A program made the translations under genes and the position numbers. Positions 52,751-62,673 of a stretch of 64,000 nucleotides of DNA are shown one piece after another. How positions within the stretch are numbered: position 1 is the first letter of the stretch; the number at the start of each line of letters is the position of its first letter. The notes under the pieces were generated by a model. It saw only the letters and a program-made list of their open reading frames with translations. It was not told the origin of the DNA and did not search any database. Source of the stretch: an uncultured Candidatus Rokubacteria bacterium (GTDB lineage Bacteria > Methylomirabilota > Methylomirabilia > Rokubacteriales > CSP1-6); assembly GCA_963789955.1 (NCBI GenBank), contig CAWBMV010000034.1:576001-640000 (forward strand), given 5' to 3'.

Positions 52751-53500
52751 ATGCGACTCAAGGACAAGGTCGTCATCGTCACGGGCGGAGCCAAGGGCAT
52801 CGGGCGCGCGTACTGCCTCGGGATGGCGGCCGAGGGCGCGCGCGTCGTCGTGGCCGACGTCGCGGATCCGAAATCGACCGTCCAGGAGGTCGAGGCGCGC
52901 GGGGCGCAGGCGCTGGGCGTCGAGTGCGACGTCTCGCGCGAAGAGGACACCTTGCGGCTCGCCACCGAGACCCTGGCGCGGTTCGGCCGCGTCGACATCC
53001 TCGTGAACAACGCCGCCCTGTACGGCCCACTCAAGCGACGGCCGTTCATGGAGATCCCCGTCGAGGAGTGGGACCGCGTCATGGCGATCAACCTGCGCGG
53101 TCTCTTTCTGTGCTCGCGCGCGGTGTTTCCGGCGATGAAGGCGCAGGGCGCGGGCGCGATCATCAACATCGCCTCCGGCACGTTCTTCAAAGGCGTTCCG
53201 CACTACATCCACTACACGACGTCGAAGGGCGGCGTCGTCGGGTTCACGCGCTCGCTCGCCCGCGAGCTCGGCGAATTCGGGATCCGCGTGAACGCCATCG
53301 CGCCGGGCTTCACCTTGAGCGGCGAGAACGAGAAGAACATGCCGGACGCGGGCAAGGCCGCGAACGTCGGGATGCGGATGCTGAAGCGCGCCGAGGTTCC
53401 CGAAGACCTCGTCGGTACCGTGATCTTCCTGGCCTCGGACGATAGCCGCTTTATCACCGGCCAGACGATCGTCGTCGACGGCGGCGGCAGCGTGCACTAG
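52751..53500 (+). CDS. Short-chain dehydrogenase/reductase
   Basis: TGGAKGIG, NNAA, YTTSK, VNAIAPG, ITGQ..VDGG. Confidence 0.92.
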   Translation: MRLKDKVVIVTGGAKGIGRAYCLGMAAEGARVVVADVADPKSTVQEVEARGAQALGVECDVSREEDTLRLATETLARFGRVDILVNNAALYGPLKRRPFMEIPVEEWDRVMAINLRGLFLCSRAVFPAMKAQGAGAIINIASGTFFKGVPHYIHYTTSKGGVVGFTRSLARELGEFGIRVNAIAPGFTLSGENEKNMPDAGKAANVGMRMLKRAEVPEDLVGTVIFLASDDSRFITGQTIVVDGGGSVH

Positions 53501-53527
53501 TTGGGCATCGGAGAGATGGAGAGGACG

Positions 53528-54223
53528 ATGGCGAGCGTGAGGAACATCGTGCTAGTTCATGGTGGCTTCGTGGATGGGGCTGGATGGGAAGGCGTTTACC
53601 GAATCCTCAGGAAGAGCGGTTACTCCGTCAGCGTCGTTCAGAACCCGACGATCACGTTGCGCGACGATGCGGCGGCAACACGGCGCATTCTGGCGGCGCA
53701 GGACGGCCCGACGATTCTCGTCGGTCACTCCTATGGTGGGGCCGTGATCACCGAAGCCGGCACGCATCCCCGAGCCCAGGCGCTGGTGTACGTCACGGCC
53801 TTTGCTCCCGACAGGGGCGAGTCCGTCGCTACGCTCATCAAGGATCCGCCGCCCGGCGCGCCCGTGCCGCCGATCTTGCCGCCGCAGGACGGGTATCTGG
53901 CCCTCGACAAGACGAAGTTCCACGCCTCGTTCGCGGCCGACGTGGACCCGGAAAGGGCCGCGTTCATGGCCGACTCCCAGGTGCCGTGGGGTCTCGAGGC
54001 TCTGAGCGGTACGGTCACCGAGCCGGCGTGGCGGGCCAAGCCGAGCTGGTACCTCGTGGTCACCGAAGACCAGATGATCCCGGCGGCTGCCCAGCGCGCG
54101 ATGGCCAAGCGAGCAGGGTCCACGATCGTCGAGGTCAAGGGCAGCCACGCTATCTACGTCTCGCAGCCCGCAGCGGTCGCTGCGCTGATCGAACAGGCTG
54201 CGAATGGAGTGAAGACCGCCTAG
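53528..54223 (+). CDS. Alpha/beta hydrolase
   Basis: VLVHGG, GHSYGG nucleophile elbow, GSH. Confidence 0.9.
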   Translation: MASVRNIVLVHGGFVDGAGWEGVYRILRKSGYSVSVVQNPTITLRDDAAATRRILAAQDGPTILVGHSYGGAVITEAGTHPRAQALVYVTAFAPDRGESVATLIKDPPPGAPVPPILPPQDGYLALDKTKFHASFAADVDPERAAFMADSQVPWGLEALSGTVTEPAWRAKPSWYLVVTEDQMIPAAAQRAMAKRAGSTIVEVKGSHAIYVSQPAAVAALIEQAANGVKTA

Positions 54224-54250
54224 TAAGCCTCCGGCGGCGGCCCCTGCGAA

Positions 54251-54952
54251 CTACTTCGCCGGAACCGGCTCCGTCGAGACGCGCAGGAGAGCGAAGTAGT
54301 CCTTGAAGTGCTCGACGTCCGACTCGGAGACCATGTCGGACACGATGAAGCAGGCCAGGTCGCCCTGGCGCCATACCCAGGCGGAGAATCCGCCGTCGCT
54401 CATGAGGGCCGGCCGCCACCGGTTCTGGATCTGAACCCGCCGCGACTCTGGGATCGGTAAGCCTGGCGCGGGCAGCACGGTATAGGTCACGAGATGACCG
54501 TCGCCGTCGCGGTAGTAGAGCGCCATACCGCGGCGCCCCTCGAGGTACACCGGTTCCGCCCCGACGAACATGAGCCGATCGTCGCCGACGAAAAATTTGG
54601 TCAAGCCGATGCCCGATTCCTGGGTGAGCCACGGAAGCGCCGTCGGGACCACCTCGGGACGCCGGGCCCCCCACATGAGCGCACGGGTGTGCTCGGCCAC
54701 GACGGACCGCACGAGCCGCTCGGTCGGATCGGCGGGCAGGATCCGCGGCAGGAACTGGATCCAGACGAGCCCGAGCACCAGCGCCATGGCGGCGGCCGCC
54801 AAGCTGGGCGCGAGCCATGCCGGTCGAACGCGCGGCGGCTCGGCCGTCTCTCCGACGGAGCCGCGCAGGTATGCGGGCGCCGTGTAGCGTCGGAGCTCCG
54901 TGCGGAGCCGCGCGCCGAGCGCGTCGTCGGATTCGGGGGAGTGGTTGCTCAT
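54251..54952 (-). CDS. Membrane anti-sigma factor
   Basis: ATGA-coupled to ECF sigma, one TM helix, periplasmic domain ending WRQGDLACFIVSD. Confidence 0.78.
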   Translation of the reverse strand: MSNHSPESDDALGARLRTELRRYTAPAYLRGSVGETAEPPRVRPAWLAPSLAAAAMALVLGLVWIQFLPRILPADPTERLVRSVVAEHTRALMWGARRPEVVPTALPWLTQESGIGLTKFFVGDDRLMFVGAEPVYLEGRRGMALYYRDGDGHLVTYTVLPAPGLPIPESRRVQIQNRWRPALMSDGGFSAWVWRQGDLACFIVSDMVSESDVEHFKDYFALLRVSTEPVPAK

Positions 54953-55461
54953 TCTTTGGTGTAGTCGCGCAGGAGACCGCGCAACCGTTCCTTGGCCCGG
55001 AAGATCCGCGACTTGACGGTGCCGACCGGGCAAGCCAGCACGCGGGCGACGTCCTCGAGCGCCATACCTTCCACTTCAGCGAGCAGGAGCACGGTTCGAA
55101 ATTCCTCGGGTAGGCGCCGCAGCGCGCGCTCGAGGTCTGTGTGCGCCTCGACGGCGCCGCTCGACTCCTCGGGCGCGTCATGAAACATCGGAGCGTCCCA
55201 GGCAGGAACACCGTCCTCGGCGAGCGCCGACTCCCGCTCGCGAAGCCGATAGAACGTCAAGAATGTGTTCCTCAAGATTTGAAACAGCCAGGCTCGGAGG
55301 TGGGTTCCCGGCTGGAAACGGTGGGAAAACCGGAAAGCGCGGAGGTAGGTTTCCTGGACGAGGTCGTCCGCCTCCGGCGGGTTCCGCGTCAGATACATCG
55401 CGAAGTTGTAGAGCGCGTCCAGATGCTCCAGCGCGGCCCGGTGGAAGTCGTCGGAGGCCAC
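54949..55461 (-). CDS. ECF RNA polymerase sigma factor
   Basis: EADDLVQETYLRAF, RAWLFQILRN, PVGTVKSRIFRA. Confidence 0.92.
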   Translation of the reverse strand: MASDDFHRAALEHLDALYNFAMYLTRNPPEADDLVQETYLRAFRFSHRFQPGTHLRAWLFQILRNTFLTFYRLRERESALAEDGVPAWDAPMFHDAPEESSGAVEAHTDLERALRRLPEEFRTVLLLAEVEGMALEDVARVLACPVGTVKSRIFRAKERLRGLLRDYTKE

Positions 55462-55469
55462 GGGCTCGC

Positions 55470-56018
55470 TCAGTCGGCGAACCAGCGCGCCGGATAGTCG
55501 CCCGGGCGCACGTCGTGCTCGTCCACGAGCTCGTCCAGCAGCTCGCGCACCGAACGGTAGAGGACCGGGTGCTCGAAGTCGGGCGCCAGGTCGGCCAGCG
55601 GCTGCAGGACGAAGCCGCGTTCCGCCAGGAGCAGGTGGGGAACGTGCAGGTCGTCGTTCGCGCTCAGCACCTGGTCGCCGTAGAAGAGGATGTCGATGTC
55701 CAGAGTCCGCGCGGCGAATCGCCGAGTCTCCGGCGTGCCGGGGGGGCGCGTCCGCCCGAGCGCGGTCTCGATGCCCTGCAAGGTGGCGAGCAGGGCCCGC
55801 GGCGAGAGCGACGTCTCGATCGCCACGACGCAATTGAGGAACCAGCGCTGCTCGCTCGCCGTCCGGCCGGGCTCGGTCTCCCACGGCTCGGAGTCGTAGA
55901 GCCGCGATGCCTCGACGAACCGGACCGCCTCGATCGCGTGCAGCCGCCGCACCGCGGATTTGAGGGTGGCGAGCCGGTCGCCCTCGTTCGAGCCGAGCGA
56001 CAGATAGACGCGCGTCAC
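55470..56018 (-). CDS. folK: 2-amino-4-hydroxy-6-hydroxymethyldihydropteridine diphosphokinase
   Basis: YLSLGSNEGDR, FLNCV, RTLDIDILFY, VPH...ERGFVLQPL. Confidence 0.93.
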   Translation of the reverse strand: MTRVYLSLGSNEGDRLATLKSAVRRLHAIEAVRFVEASRLYDSEPWETEPGRTASEQRWFLNCVVAIETSLSPRALLATLQGIETALGRTRPPGTPETRRFAARTLDIDILFYGDQVLSANDDLHVPHLLLAERGFVLQPLADLAPDFEHPVLYRSVRELLDELVDEHDVRPGDYPARWFAD

Positions 56019-56377
56019 GACCGGCTCCGCGTCAGCTCGACCGAGGGCGTCCCGACCAGGCCCTCCATCGGTGGCGTGAGCTTGCGGACGCGCACGCGGA
56101 TCTCCCGCGCCGGAAACTCGCGCAGGAGGGCCTCGATGATCAGGCCCGCCAGGCGCTCGATCAGGTTCACGCGATTCTTGGTGCCGATCTCGACGATCCG
56201 CCGGGCCACCAGGCCGTAGTCGACCGTCGCCGACACCTGGTCGGACACGACCGCCGACGCGAGGTCGACGGCCATCTCGACGTCCACTGAGAACCACGCG
56301 CCCACCACTTGCTCGGCCCGTGTCAGCCCGTGCTGGCCGTAGAAACGCACGTCCTCCAGCAGGAGCTTGTCGCCCAT
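56015..56377 (-). CDS. folB: Dihydroneopterin aldolase
   Basis: FYGQHG..EQ, TVDYG, LIERLA, VRVRK. Confidence 0.9.
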   Translation of the reverse strand: MGDKLLLEDVRFYGQHGLTRAEQVVGAWFSVDVEMAVDLASAVVSDQVSATVDYGLVARRIVEIGTKNRVNLIERLAGLIIEALLREFPAREIRVRVRKLTPPMEGLVGTPSVELTRSRS

Positions 56378-57123
56378 CAGAGCTTCACGACCGTGTTCTT
56401 CAGGCCGCCGATGCCCTCGATCCGCACCTCGACGCGATCACCCGGCTCGAGCCGCCCTACGCCGGCCGGCGCGCCGGTGGCGATCACGTCGCCCGGCAGG
56501 AGCGTCATCACCTGGGCGATCCGCGCCACGATCTCGTGGGCGGGCGAGAGCAGCTCCTTGGTCGACGACGACTGCCGCAGCTCGCCGTTGACGAACGTCT
56601 CGACCGCCACCGCGTCGGGATCGATGTCGGTCGCGATACACGGGCCGAGCGGGCTGAAGGTATCGAACCCTTTGGCGCCGACCCAGAACCCCTTCTCCTG
56701 CAGATCGCGCGCCGTCACGTCGTTCAGGCACGTGTAGCCGAGCACGTACTCGTGCACGCGCTCGGCTGGCACGTTGCGACACCGGCGCTTGATGACGACC
56801 GCGAGCCCCGCTCCGTGCTCCACGAGCACGCTCAGCGCGGGATACACGATCGGGTCGTCGGGTCCGATGAGCGTGGTCGGCGGCTTCAGGAAGAAGTGCG
56901 GCTCGGCCAGCCCCGTGTGGGCCGCGTCGCCGCGATGGTTGAGCTCGACGCCGACGATCTTGGAGGGCACGGTCGGCGCCAGCAGCACCGCGCGCCTGAG
57001 CGGCACGCGACGTCGGCCTCGGCGGAAGGGGCCCCACGGCGTCCCCGAGTACTCGACGATGTGGGTGCCCTCGAGCGCGCCGTACGACGTGTTGGTGTTG
57101 GTCTTGTAGCGAACGATCTGCAT
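56377..57123 (-). CDS. Fumarylacetoacetate hydrolase family protein (metal-binding motif degenerate)
   Basis: FFLKP, NDVTARDLQ, AKGFDTF.PLGP, TLLPGDVIATG. Confidence 0.85.
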   Translation of the reverse strand: MQIVRYKTNTNTSYGALEGTHIVEYSGTPWGPFRRGRRRVPLRRAVLLAPTVPSKIVGVELNHRGDAAHTGLAEPHFFLKPPTTLIGPDDPIVYPALSVLVEHGAGLAVVIKRRCRNVPAERVHEYVLGYTCLNDVTARDLQEKGFWVGAKGFDTFSPLGPCIATDIDPDAVAVETFVNGELRQSSSTKELLSPAHEIVARIAQVMTLLPGDVIATGAPAGVGRLEPGDRVEVRIEGIGGLKNTVVKL

Positions 57124-57132
57124 GGACGCCCG

Positions 57133-57990
57133 TTACACCAGGCCGAGCACGTCGGCCATCGAGTAGAGCCCCGGCGGACGGCCCGCGATGAACCGCGCGG
57201 CGCGCAGCGCGCCGCGGGCGTACGTGTCGCGATTGTGGGCCCGGTGCACCAGCTCGAGGCGCTCGCCGAGGGTTCCGAACGACACCGTGTGCTCGCCGAC
57301 GACGTCGCCCGAGCGGAGCGAGAGGATTCCGATCTCGGGCCGCGTGCGCTCGCCGGGCAGTCCCTGGCGGCCGTAGACCGCGACCTGATCGAGATCGCGC
57401 CCGAGCGCCTCGGCGACGACCTCCGCCATGCGCAGCGCGGTGCCGCTGGGCGCGTCCTTCTTGAACCGGTGGTGGATTTCGGTGATCTCGACGTCGTACT
57501 CGTCGCCGAGCGCCTTGGCCATGGTGGCCAGGAGCTTGAACGCCACGTTGGTGGCGACGGACATGTTGGGCGACATCAAGATCGCCGCCCGCTTCGCGAG
57601 CTCCCCGATCTCGGTGCGCTGCGCGGCGGTGAACCCGGTCGTGCCGATCACCGCCCGCGCCCCGCTGTGCGCGACCAGGCGAAGGTGAGCGAGCGAGGCC
57701 TCCGGCACCGAGAACTCGATCAGCACGCGATCGCGCGTGATCTCGGCCGCGGCGTCCGCGCCGACACTGACGCCGGCCTTGCCGATGCCGGCGAGGTCAC
57801 CGGCGTCGCGCCCGATGGTCGCGTGACCGGGCGCCTCGAGCGCGGCGACGAGACGCAGATCGGGCAAGCCGGCGAGGCACGCGATGATGCGATTGCCCAT
57901 CCGACCGGCGGCGCCCGCCACAACGATATCCGCCGTCGAGGCGCCCCGGCGCCCGACGTTCGGGGATGTCTCCCCGCCGGCAACGCTCAT
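57133..57990 (-). CDS. dapB: 4-hydroxy-tetrahydrodipicolinate reductase
   Basis: GAAGRMG, IGTTG, EIHHRFKKDAPSGTA, GDVVGEH. Confidence 0.95.
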   Translation of the reverse strand: MSVAGGETSPNVGRRGASTADIVVAGAAGRMGNRIIACLAGLPDLRLVAALEAPGHATIGRDAGDLAGIGKAGVSVGADAAAEITRDRVLIEFSVPEASLAHLRLVAHSGARAVIGTTGFTAAQRTEIGELAKRAAILMSPNMSVATNVAFKLLATMAKALGDEYDVEITEIHHRFKKDAPSGTALRMAEVVAEALGRDLDQVAVYGRQGLPGERTRPEIGILSLRSGDVVGEHTVSFGTLGERLELVHRAHNRDTYARGALRAARFIAGRPPGLYSMADVLGLV

Positions 57991-57997
57991 GGCGACG

Positions 57998-58885
57998 CTA
58001 CTTGATCAGGCCGTAGGGCTTGAGGATGGCGCGAAGCTTCTCGCGATTGGCGTCGCTCATCCGGCACATCGGCAGGCGGAACTCGGGCTCGAGCATGCCG
58101 GCCATCGCCATCGCTTCCTTGATCGGGATGGGATTGGTCTCGAGGAACGCCGCGCGCGCGAGGGGGAAGAGCCGGTAGTGGAGCTCGCGGGCGCGCTTCC
58201 AGTCGCCGTCGAGCGCCGCGTGCACGAGCTCGGCGGTCTCCCGCGGCACGATGTTCGCGATGACCGAGACGACGCCGCTGCCGCCGATCGCCAGGAGCGG
58301 GAGCGTGATGTTGTCGTCACCCGACAGGACCGAGAAGTCCGGTCCGCACGCCGCGATGACCTGGCTCATCTGATCGAGCGATCCGGACGCTTCCTTCACG
58401 CCGACGATGTTCTTCACGTCGCGGGCGAGGCGCGCCAGGGTGTCGGTCTCGACGTTGATCGCCGTCCGGCTCTGGATGTTGTAGAGCAGGACGGGGATCG
58501 CGACCGACTCGGCGACCGCGCGGAAGTGGCGATAGAGCCCTTCCTGCGTGGGCTTGTTGTAGTAGGGGTTCACGACGAGCGCGCCCGCCGCGCCGGCCCG
58601 CTCCGCGTGCTTCGTCATCTCGATCGCCTCGGCGGTCGAGTTCGAGCCGGTGCCGGCGATCACGCGGATCCGGCCGCGCGCGGCCTCGATGACGATCTCG
58701 ACCACGCGGTGATGCTCGTCGTGGTTCAGGGTCGGCGACTCGCCGGTCGTCCCGCACGGGATCAGGCCGTCGGTGCCGTGGGTGACGTGGAGCTCGACCA
58801 GCTCCCGGAGCTTCGCCTCGTCGACCTTGCCGTTCCGGAAGGGGGTGACCATCGCGACGAATGAACCCTGGAATGTCTGGCTCAT
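57998..58885 (-). CDS. dapA: 4-hydroxy-tetrahydrodipicolinate synthase
   Basis: VTPF, GTTGESPTL, PYYNKP, YN, KEASG, SGDD, ETNPIPIK. Confidence 0.95.
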   Translation of the reverse strand: MSQTFQGSFVAMVTPFRNGKVDEAKLRELVELHVTHGTDGLIPCGTTGESPTLNHDEHHRVVEIVIEAARGRIRVIAGTGSNSTAEAIEMTKHAERAGAAGALVVNPYYNKPTQEGLYRHFRAVAESVAIPVLLYNIQSRTAINVETDTLARLARDVKNIVGVKEASGSLDQMSQVIAACGPDFSVLSGDDNITLPLLAIGGSGVVSVIANIVPRETAELVHAALDGDWKRARELHYRLFPLARAAFLETNPIPIKEAMAMAGMLEPEFRLPMCRMSDANREKLRAILKPYGLIK

Positions 58886-60132
58886 GGGGCAGTCTCCCCC
58901 GCCACCAGGTCTTCGTAGGTCTCCCGGCGGCGCACGATCGTGTACCGGTTGCCGTCGACCAGCACTTCGACGGCGCGCGGTCGCGTGTTGTAGTTGGAGG
59001 CCATCGCGAAGCCGTACGCGCCGGCGCTCATGACGGCGAGCAGGTCCTCTTGCTCGACGCGCGGCAGCTCGCGGTCCTTCGCCAGAAAGTCGCCCGACTC
59101 GCAGATCGGGCCGACGACGTCGACGGTTTCGCGGTCGCGAGACCGTCGGCTCTCGTCGACGGGAACGATCTCGTGGTACGAGCCATAGAGCGACGGCCGG
59201 ATCAGATCGTTCATCGCGCCGTCGACCACCACGAACTTCTTGGCGCCGGTGTCCTTCCGATAGAGCACTCGCGTCAGGAGGACGCCGGCATTGCCGACGA
59301 TGGATCGGCCCGGCTCCAGCAGAACGGTCACGCCGGATTCGCGCAGCGCGGGCATCAGCAGGGTCGCGAACTCCTGGTGCGTCGGGGGCGTCTCGTCGCG
59401 ATAGCGAATGCCGAGCCCGCCGCCGATGTCGATCATGCGGATCTCGATACGCCGCTCGCGCAGCGCCTTCACCAGCGCCACCACGCGCGCCACCGCGTCG
59501 GCGACCGGCGTGGCCTTGGTGAGCTGGGAGCCGATGTGCATGTCCGCGCCGATGACGTCGAGACCGCGGAGCTTCGCCGCTTCCTCGTAGGCCTCGAGCG
59601 CTTCGTCGTACGGAATCCCGAACTTGGAGGTCTTGAGCCCGGTCGCGATGTACGGGTGCGTCTGCGGGTCGACGTCGGGGTTCACGCGCAGCGCGACCGG
59701 GGCGCGCACGCCCATCTCGAGGGCGACCTCGTCGAGGACCCGCAGCTCGGCGCGCGACTCGACGTTGAACATCAAGATCTCGGCCTTGAGCGCCTCGCGC
59801 ATCTCGTCGCGGCTCTTGCCGACGCCCGAGAAGATGATCTTCTTGGGCGACACACCGGCCCGCAGCGCGCGATAGAGCTCGCCGCCGGAGACGATATCGG
59901 CACCCGCGCCGGCCTTGGCCAGCACGGACAGGACGCCGAGGTTCGAGTTGGCCTTGACCGAGTAGCACACGAGGTGAGGCACGGCGTGGAACGCGCGCTC
60001 ATAGCCGTCGAGGCTCTCGAGCAGCGCGGCCTTCGAGTAGACGTAGGCCGGCGTGCCGGCGACGGCGGCCAGCGCGCGCAGCGACACGTCCTCGCAGCAG
60101 AGCTCGGAATCCCGGTACTGGAACGGGCCCAT
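58882..60132 (-). CDS. lysA: Diaminopimelate decarboxylase
   Basis: YSVKANS, SGGE, HIGSQ, GGGLG, EPGR, GPICESGD, GAYG..MASNYN. Confidence 0.95.
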   Translation of the reverse strand: MGPFQYRDSELCCEDVSLRALAAVAGTPAYVYSKAALLESLDGYERAFHAVPHLVCYSVKANSNLGVLSVLAKAGAGADIVSGGELYRALRAGVSPKKIIFSGVGKSRDEMREALKAEILMFNVESRAELRVLDEVALEMGVRAPVALRVNPDVDPQTHPYIATGLKTSKFGIPYDEALEAYEEAAKLRGLDVIGADMHIGSQLTKATPVADAVARVVALVKALRERRIEIRMIDIGGGLGIRYRDETPPTHQEFATLLMPALRESGVTVLLEPGRSIVGNAGVLLTRVLYRKDTGAKKFVVVDGAMNDLIRPSLYGSYHEIVPVDESRRSRDRETVDVVGPICESGDFLAKDRELPRVEQEDLLAVMSAGAYGFAMASNYNTRPRAVEVLVDGNRYTIVRRRETYEDLVAGETAP

Positions 60133-60167
60133 GTATCCGTTGTTCGTAACATCCGAGCCTAGTGAAG

Positions 60168-61245
60168 TCAAGGTAGGGTGACCCTCACCTCGTTCGAGCG
60201 CGCGCTCTCGTTCGGTCGCGCAGCCTTGTCCTGCGCGGTGACGACGTAGCGAGAGGTTCCGCGGGGCACCGTGCGATCCGCATAGGTCGTCCCCGGCACA
60301 TTGATCGACCCGATCCGTTCGAAACCGCCCCCGACTGGAGCACGGTAGATGATGTAGCCGGCGACGTCAGGCTCGGGGCTCGGGCTCCAGGACAGGCGGA
60401 CGATCCCCTCCGACGCGATGGCGACGAGATTGCCCGGCGCGCGAGGGTGGCGTCACGTCCCGCGGCGTCGCCGCGAGCCGCGAAGTCGAACGGCCGTAGA
60501 TCGTCGTGCCCGAGACGACCCGTAGCGCTCGGACGGCATAGTAGTAGGCGCGCTCGTTCTCCAGCTTGGAGTCGGTCAAGGTGGTGTTCGGCACCGGCGC
60601 GGCCACCGGCGCCAGCTCCGCTTCGGCCGAGGGCGCGCGGAGCACCTCGTACGTGAGCGCGTCGGTGATCGCGCTCCCGTCGAGCAGCCGGGTCGGCGCG
60701 CTCCACGTGAGGCGCACCTCGCCCTCGCGCGGCTCGACGACGAGGTTGCCGGGCTCCGCGGGCGCGGGGGCATAGCTCACCGAGACTCGACGAGATGGTC
60801 GGCCGATGCGCCCCTGCGAGTCTCCGGCCAGAATCACGTACGTGTAGCGCCGTCCGTACGAGAGGTTCTTCCGATCCGTGAACTCGAGATGCTGGCCGCG
60901 CCGGACCGCAGGCTCGGGCTCGGCGCCCCGGATTGCGGCGATCTCGTCGTAGCCGGCGATCTGTCCGTCGGTGAGCATCGCCGACTTGGGCTGGCCGGTG
61001 CCGCCGTCCTCCGCCCGAAAGATTCGCATCAGGGTGAAGTCACGCATGCGCGTGTTGTCGTCGCGACGGCTGGGCGGCGTCCACGAGAGGACGATCGACT
61101 CTTCGTGGATGGCGCCGGCCAGGTCGGCGATCGCCTGCGGCGCCCGATGCTCCGGCGCGACCGGAGGTCCTTTCTTGCCGCACGCGGTCAGCGCCACCGC
61201 GGCGAGCCCGAGGCACGCGGCGAGGCGCCGCCCGCGCCCGATCAT
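60168..61245 (-). CDS. Lipoprotein with LptM-like N-terminus and fibronectin type III-like domains, frameshift near 60440
   Basis: LTACGKKGPP; repeated IVLSW/VRLTW/VRLSW ... YxY/YVV beta-sandwich patterns. Confidence 0.75.
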
Positions 61246-62673
61246 GCGCGCGCGATGAGCGTGCGGGCGAGGGCGAGCGAGCGGCGCACGGCGTCGGGCG
61301 CCGTGCCGCCGGTGGCCGAGCGGGCGCGGAGCGAGGCGTCGACCGTGATGGCGTCCTTGGCGTCCTCGTCGAAGAGCGGAGAGAAGCGGCGCAGCTCGAC
61401 GAGGCCCAGGGCGTCGAGCGGCTTGCCCTCGGTCTCGCAGAGCCGCACGATCCCGCCCGATCACGCCGTGCGCCTGGCGGAAGGGCAGGCCCTTGCGCAC
61501 GAGGTAATCGGCCAGATCCGTCGCGGTCGCGAAGTTCTCGCCGGCGGCCCGCCGCATGCGCTCGGTCCGGAACGTCAGCGACGCCAGCATCGGCGGCACG
61601 ACGGCCAGGATCGCCTCGAGCGTGTCGACCGAGTCGAAGAAGGGTTCCTTGTCTTCCTGCATGTCCGAGTTGTACGCGAGCGGCAGCCCCTTCATCGTCG
61701 TGAGCACCGCCACCAGATTGCCGTAGAGCCGACCGCTCTTGCCCCGCACCAGCTCGGCGACGTCGGGGTTCTTCTTCTGCGGCATGATCGACGACCCGGT
61801 CGCGAAGGCGTCCGAGAACTCCACGAAGCCGAACTCCGCGGTGGCCCACAGCGTCAGATCGGCGGCGAGGCGCGACAGGTGCATGCCGGTGATCGCGGCC
61901 GCCGACAGGAACTCGAGCAAGGTGTCGCGGTCACTCACGGAGTCGAGGCTGTTCGGCGAGACCGCGGCGAAGCCGAGATCCTTCGCGAGCGCCTCGAGAT
62001 CGATCGGAAACGCCGTGCCGGCGAGCGCGGCGGCGCCCAGGGGCATCGACGCGGCCCGCGCGCCGCAGTCGGTGAACCGGTCGCGATCGCGCTGCACCAT
62101 GAACACGTAGGCCAGAAAGTGGTGGCCCAGCACGATCGGCTGCGCGCGCTGCAGGTGCGTGTAGCCCGGCAGCGGCGTTTCGAGCGTCTCGGCGGCGCGC
62201 GCGACCAGCGCCTCCTGCACGCGCCGCAGTCCCGCGCGAATGCGCGCGATGATCTCGCGAAGGTACAGGCGTTCGTCGACCGCGATCTGATCGTTGCGTG
62301 AGCGCCCGGTGTGCAGCTTGCCGCCGACCTCGCCGATCAATTCTTGAAGCCGCCGCTCGATGTTCGTGTGGATGTCCTCGAGCTCGGTGCGGTACGGGAA
62401 GGTCCCCGCCGCCAGCTCGTCGCGGACGGCGGCCAGGCCCCGGACGATCGCGTCGCGCTCGGCGGCCGACAGCAGTCCGGCCCGCGCGAGCGCCTTGGCC
62501 CACGCGACGCTGCCGGCGATATCGTGCGGCCAGAGCCGGCGGTCGAAGGCGATCGATCCGGTGAACCGCTCGGCGGCGGGGTCGGCGCCCGCGGTGAACC
62601 GGCCGCCCCAGAGCTTTTCCGACTTCTCCGCGCCGCTCCGCGGAGCCGCGCGCTTGCGGGGCCGCGACTTCAC
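61242..62673 (-). CDS. argH: Argininosuccinate lyase, frameshift near 61455
   Basis: LWGGRF, HTGRSRNDQ, GYTHLQRAQP, GSSIMPQKKNPD, PFRQAH. Confidence 0.95.

Noticed and set aside
60367..62673. ArgH-lipoprotein fusion (768 aa)
   Set aside because: A frameshift near 61455 joins the frames; the ArgH C-terminus is in the 61242-61448 ORF and the lipoprotein has its own ATG and signal peptide
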